Assembly (NCBI GenBank): GCA_020057295.1
Contig: JAGVGF010000002.1
Coordinates: 160,001-224,000, forward strand
DNA length: 64,000 bases
From: an archaeon
GTDB taxonomy: Archaea > Nanobdellota > Nanobdellia > Woesearchaeales > UBA9642
Direction of reading: 5' to 3'
Position numbers and translations under genes: made by a program. This document shows positions 59,976-64,000 of the stretch, one piece after another. The notes beneath the pieces were generated by a model. That model was not told where the DNA came from. It worked only from the letters and a program-made list of their open reading frames with translations, and did no database searches. Every line of letters begins with the position of its first letter. Position 1 is the first letter of the stretch.

Positions 59976-61181
59976 GTGTTTATGCTACTGGAACAATTAA
60001 TCTATATAGCAGTTATAGTCCTTATTGGCACTGTAATTCTATTGCTTCGTAGAAAAGCAGAAGGCAGCAGATCAGGATATAAATTAGCATTAATACTATT
60101 AGGATTATTATTAGGTTTATCTACTATTGGTAATAGTCCTGTTTTTTCATTCGATAAATATTTTTTAAAAAGTTTTAGTGTATTCTTGCTAATAGTTTTA
60201 TTGTTTGAATTAAGCATCAGATTAAATTCTGAAAACATTAAAATAACTCCTAAGAATATTAAACTATTTTTTAGTATGTTATTAATAAATATAATATTTT
60301 TAAGTTTATTCACAGCGCTCATATTAAAAATAAATTTTCTTAACGGAATATTATTTGCACTCATAATGTCGTCTATAGAATATTTTTTAGTTGATCAATT
60401 AAAAGAAGAAGGAGATTTAGCAAATCCGTTAATAATATTTTTTGGATTTAGCATAATGGTTTTTTACAGTTTGCAAGGATTAATGTTTGACAATGTTTTA
60501 TATTTCTTAAAATATCTCTTAATAGGTTTGGGAACTGGTGTAATTATTGGTATATTAGTTTTCAAGAGCATGAAAAATAATTATATAGATCAAGTACACG
60601 AACTAGGTCTTGTTGCCGTTGCTGTAAGCACTTACATTATTACAGAACAATTAGCTGGTTCAGGACTTTTTGCTGTAATGATATTGGGTGTATTTTTCGG
60701 AAACAGTTATGTCAGAAAAACATCTTCACTATACAGTTTTTCACCTTTTATATTCAAAAGTTTAGAAATGTTAATATATTTAATGATAGGATTTGTTGTG
60801 GCTTTAAATTTTAATGACGGAATATTGTGGAAAGCTCTAGCTATATTTGCATTATATATACTTTTACGATTACTAATTATACATTACAATTATAAGCATC
60901 ATTCTATGCAAAATAAGTTGTTATTAACATTTGCACCTAAGGGAATGATTGTTGGTGTGATGATTCTTGTACTTGGAGTGTATGTTACTGTTGAAGATGT
61001 TCTAATACATGCTATGCTGCTTGTACTAATTTATAGTTTAATAGCAGGAATATGCATAGAATATTTAGAACATAAAAAATTATTACGGCTAGATAAGTTA
61101 TTCAATATTCTAATTAATATACGATTTGGACGTAAGAGAGATCTTCCAAACAAGAAAAGGTTTCATACATACTACAAATAA
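59976..61181 (+). CDS. Cation/proton antiporter (NhaP/CPA1-like)
   Basis: Polytopic membrane protein; EQLAGSGLFAV..LG..FGN; APKG. Confidence 0.75.
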   Translation: MFMLLEQLIYIAVIVLIGTVILLLRRKAEGSRSGYKLALILLGLLLGLSTIGNSPVFSFDKYFLKSFSVFLLIVLLFELSIRLNSENIKITPKNIKLFFSMLLINIIFLSLFTALILKINFLNGILFALIMSSIEYFLVDQLKEEGDLANPLIIFFGFSIMVFYSLQGLMFDNVLYFLKYLLIGLGTGVIIGILVFKSMKNNYIDQVHELGLVAVAVSTYIITEQLAGSGLFAVMILGVFFGNSYVRKTSSLYSFSPFIFKSLEMLIYLMIGFVVALNFNDGILWKALAIFALYILLRLLIIHYNYKHHSMQNKLLLTFAPKGMIVGVMILVLGVYVTVEDVLIHAMLLVLIYSLIAGICIEYLEHKKLLRLDKLFNILINIRFGRKRDLPNKKRFHTYYK

Positions 61182-61284
61182 ACTCTAAAACGGAAACTTA
61201 AGTTATAGATTGCCAGGAAATATGCTTCTAGCGAGGATACGGTTTATAAATACCTTTATAAATTGCCTGGCATTTCTCGTGTAT

Positions 61285-61674
61285 ATGATTAGAATTATAC
61301 TTGATACGAATTTTTTGATGATTCCATCACAATTCAAAGTTGACATATTTTCAGAATTCAAAAGATTAATGACTGAGCAATCTTCCTTATATGTTTTAGA
61401 AGCTTCAATAGACGAGTTAACAACAATCTCTTTAGGTAAAACTAAAGATAATGTACATGCAAAAGTGGCTCTTAAGCTTATAAAACAAAAAAACTTAAAA
61501 ACCCTTCCAAATTCCACTAATGAAAAGTATGCTGATAATCTTATCTTAGAGGGTGTTACAAATAAGGATATAGTCTGTACGCAAGACCAAGCCTTAAAAA
61601 GACTCCTTAAAAATAAGCATAAAGGTATACGCTTGATAACTTTAAAATCAAAAAAATATCTCGATTTCGAGTGA
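61285..61674 (+). CDS. PIN-domain protein (Fcf1/Utp24-like)
   Basis: IILDTNFL.IP.QF.VDIF, AD..I, V.TQD..L; usual position before rpoE1. Confidence 0.9.
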   Translation: MIRIILDTNFLMIPSQFKVDIFSEFKRLMTEQSSLYVLEASIDELTTISLGKTKDNVHAKVALKLIKQKNLKTLPNSTNEKYADNLILEGVTNKDIVCTQDQALKRLLKNKHKGIRLITLKSKKYLDFE

Positions 61675-61683
61675 GGCAAAAAA

Positions 61684-62256
61684 ATGTACTATAAAACAAA
61701 AGTTAAGGATTACGTCAGATTACCACCATCATCTTTTAGCGAAGATTTGGAATTATCACTCACTCAAGAAATAAAAAAGAAATATAGTGGTTTTATAAGT
61801 CAAGAGTTAGGATTTGTTATTGATGTAACTGGTGTAGATACAGTAGGTCAAGGAATAATATTACCTGGTGATGGTTCAGCACATTACAATGTAGAATTTA
61901 CATTATTAACTTTTAAACCAGAAATGCAAGAGATAGTTTTAGGAAAAATAACTAACGTTGCAGATTTCGGTGCATTCATCAACATAGGACCAGTTGAAGG
62001 CATGATTCATATAAGTCAGACTATGAATGACTTTGTATCATTTGGTAAAGATGGCGTTTTAAGTGGTAAGAACAGTAAACGAGCATTAAAAGCTGGCGAT
62101 ATATGTCGAGCAAAAATAATCGCTGTATCATACAAGGATTTAACAAACCCGAAAATAGGTTTAACAATGAGACAGATAGGACTTGGCAAGGAAGACTGGG
62201 TAGATGAACCAGCAGAAGCTGCTAAAGAGTCTAAAGAAGAGAAGAAGGCTAAATAA
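61684..62256 (+). CDS. rpoE1: RNA polymerase subunit Rpo7 (E')
   Basis: VRLPP, G.I.PGDG, FKP...EIV.G, FGAF..IGP.EG.IHISQ, KIGLTMRQ.GLGK. Confidence 0.96.
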   Translation: MYYKTKVKDYVRLPPSSFSEDLELSLTQEIKKKYSGFISQELGFVIDVTGVDTVGQGIILPGDGSAHYNVEFTLLTFKPEMQEIVLGKITNVADFGAFINIGPVEGMIHISQTMNDFVSFGKDGVLSGKNSKRALKAGDICRAKIIAVSYKDLTNPKIGLTMRQIGLGKEDWVDEPAEAAKESKEEKKAK

Positions 62257-62267
62257 TTGAGGTTCAA

Positions 62268-62453
62268 ATGAAAAAAAAGGTATGCAAGAAATGTAAAATC
62301 TTTGTTGATGGTGAAACTTGTCCATTATGTAAGAAGAATAATTTCTCTAACAATTGGCAAGGTAGAATAAATTTCATTGATGTACAAAATAGTACGATTG
62401 CTAAAAAGATTAATGTTGAAGTCAAAGGCGAATACGCTATTAAGGTAAAGTGA
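62268..62453 (+). CDS. spt4: Transcription elongation factor Spt4 (RpoE'')
   Basis: CKKC......CPLC....S.NW.G, S.IAK......G.YAIKV. Confidence 0.95.
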   Translation: MKKKVCKKCKIFVDGETCPLCKKNNFSNNWQGRINFIDVQNSTIAKKINVEVKGEYAIKVK

Positions 62454-62460
62454 GGTTAAA

Positions 62461-62826
62461 ATGGATGTTGAAGTATTAAAAAAGAATAATGAACCATTGA
62501 TGCATCGATCATATTTCGAGGCAAAGATAGTTTTTGAAGGTAAAACTCCTTCAAGACCAGAGTTAATGAAAGATTTATGTCATAAATTATCATCAAAAGA
62601 AAATATGACTATAATTAGGAAGATTAATACAGATTATGGTTCTGAAAGAGCTTTACTAAACGGTTATGTTTATGATGACGAAACTGTAATGAATAAATTA
62701 GAAACAAAATTTGTTAAATTAAGACATTTAGCAAAAGCTGAACAGAAAGCAGAGAAAGAAAAATTCAAAGCAGCAAAACAAGCAGCAGCTGCAGCAGCAG
62801 CTCCAGCAAAGGGCAAGAAAAAGTAA
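62461..62826 (+). CDS. rps24e: 30S ribosomal protein S24e
   Basis: N.PL..R, TPSR, I.T.YG; operon context. Confidence 0.9.
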   Translation: MDVEVLKKNNEPLMHRSYFEAKIVFEGKTPSRPELMKDLCHKLSSKENMTIIRKINTDYGSERALLNGYVYDDETVMNKLETKFVKLRHLAKAEQKAEKEKFKAAKQAAAAAAAPAKGKKK

Positions 62827-62873
62827 CTCAAAAATTGAGTTGCAATTAAAATAATAATCAAAGGTGAATAATA

Positions 62874-63080
62874 ATGGCAGCAAAACCAGCAGCAAAAGGT
62901 GGAGAAAAGAAAGGCGGACCAGTAAAGAAAGGTAAACAGTATCATATGTATAAGGTCTACGAAGTAACAGGCAATTCAGTAAAGAGAAAAAATAAGACTT
63001 GCCCAAAATGTTCTGTATTAATGGCAAACCACAAGGACAGATGGACATGTGGCAAATGCGGATACATGGAAAAGAAATAA
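62874..63080 (+). CDS. rps27ae: 30S ribosomal protein S27ae
   Basis: Y.V.G..V.RKNK.CPKC...MA.H.DRW.CGKCGY. Confidence 0.95.
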   Translation: MAAKPAAKGGEKKGGPVKKGKQYHMYKVYEVTGNSVKRKNKTCPKCSVLMANHKDRWTCGKCGYMEKK

Positions 63081-63199
63081 TTTCTTTTATTTTATTCTTA
63101 ATTCTTTTAGAAAACAAAAATTCTTAATATGTTTTTATTACTCTTTAGTGATTAAATAATAGAAAAATTTATAAATCTGTTATTTTCTTATATCATTAT

Positions 63200-63634
63200 A
63201 TGGAATCTCACTTATTTTATCTTCCACAAAAAGTTGATGAACAACAAGTCTCTAGATTAGCTTTAGGACCGTTGATGCCTTCTGAATATCGTAGAACTTT
63301 TCCCGTATTTGTAAATAGTCCAGAACTAGGAACAAAAACTGGAACAGTAGGATTTATGGATTTCATAGATCGAAGAGTAACTTTACCTCAATCTATAAGC
63401 AATCGAGGCATTGTTGATGTAATCAGTGTTATGACTGTCGGAATAGAACCAGGATATCAAGGCAAAGAATATTTTCGTGTAATGCATGATGAACTAGTAC
63501 GATTAGCGTTAGAAGAACATAAAGACGGTTTAATGTTTGTAAGTCTAGGAAATAAAGACTTAAAACGTAAACTTATAGTAAAATATGACTATGTTCCATT
63601 ATCAGAAAAAGAAGTTGTAAAAATGTTAAAGTAG
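63200..63634 (+). CDS. GNAT-fold protein
   Basis: VGIEPGYQGK motif-A-like segment. Confidence 0.55.
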   Translation: MESHLFYLPQKVDEQQVSRLALGPLMPSEYRRTFPVFVNSPELGTKTGTVGFMDFIDRRVTLPQSISNRGIVDVISVMTVGIEPGYQGKEYFRVMHDELVRLALEEHKDGLMFVSLGNKDLKRKLIVKYDYVPLSEKEVVKMLK

Positions 63635-63659
63635 AATTCTAATGTGATGCTGTTTTTTA

Positions 63660-64000
63660 TTAGTTTGTTTTTCTTTTAAGCTCAAAAGCGTAAAATACTC
63701 TATTCTCATCTACTTTATTTTCACCTATTAACTTTACTTTAAATCCTGCTTTTTCAGCTTTCCGCTTCATTTCTTCTACAGCTCCAAATTTAGCCTGGCT
63801 AATATATATTCTTCCATTTTTCTTTAAATGATTATGTACTTGCTCAAAAAATGTGTTTTGCACATTCAAATTATCATCCCAAACAGTTCGTTCGGCATAA
63901 TCTGAAACTGAATGTGGTGTAAATGGAGGGTTCATTGTTATAACATCAAATTTTTCTTCAGGTTTTATTGCACTAAACATGTCGGAAAGTCTTACTTCTA
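63660..64000 (-). CDS. HemK-like SAM methyltransferase, 5'-truncated by window edge
   Basis: SDMF, FDVITMNPPF, HLK.NG.I. Confidence 0.85.
   Translation of the reverse strand, partial: EVRLSDMFSAIKPEEKFDVITMNPPFTPHSVSDYAERTVWDDNLNVQNTFFEQVHNHLKKNGRIYISQAKFGAVEEMKRKAEKAGFKVKLIGENKVDENRVFYAFELKRKTN

Noticed and set aside
61211-61272. TGCCAGG...CCTGGCA inverted repeat around two TTTATAAA boxes, and the 5' extension of the PIN ORF
   Set aside because: Only 7-bp arms around a probable promoter; the PIN domain starts at 61285

Overview
AT-rich archaeal chromosomal window. The gene content (aIF5B, Trm1, aEF-1beta, NreA, CCA-adding enzyme, Rpo7/Spt4/eS24/eS31 cluster, GyrB, intron-containing tRNA-Thr) and the style of the surface proteins fit a DPANN archaeon, probably Woesearchaeota-like (inference). 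Four accessory regions stand out. (1) 1-18 kb: a surface-fibre locus with two families of heavily N-glycosylated, Cys-containing secreted paralogues, a larger adhesin-like member and a membrane-anchored DUF916/PapD-like protein. It reads like a donor-strand-type, non-type-IV pilus system. (2) 28.9-31.6 kb: an unannotated 32-aa peptide translationally coupled to a Ddl-like ATP-grasp ligase, a DUF2156/Fem-like transferase and a GNAT, a candidate peptide-modification system. (3) 31.7-33.2 kb: a compact pentameric ligand-gated ion channel coupled to a lipoprotein-type cyclophilin. (4) 40.8-54.6 kb: a one-strand island with three mosaic DUF3494 ice-binding proteins, bacterial-type general-stress small proteins and tandem Lrp regulators, followed by a microprotein gene whose 3' hairpin carries anti-Shine-Dalgarno-like motifs. 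Several short ORFs missed by the ORF track were read by hand. All family calls come from motif recognition; no database searches were run.
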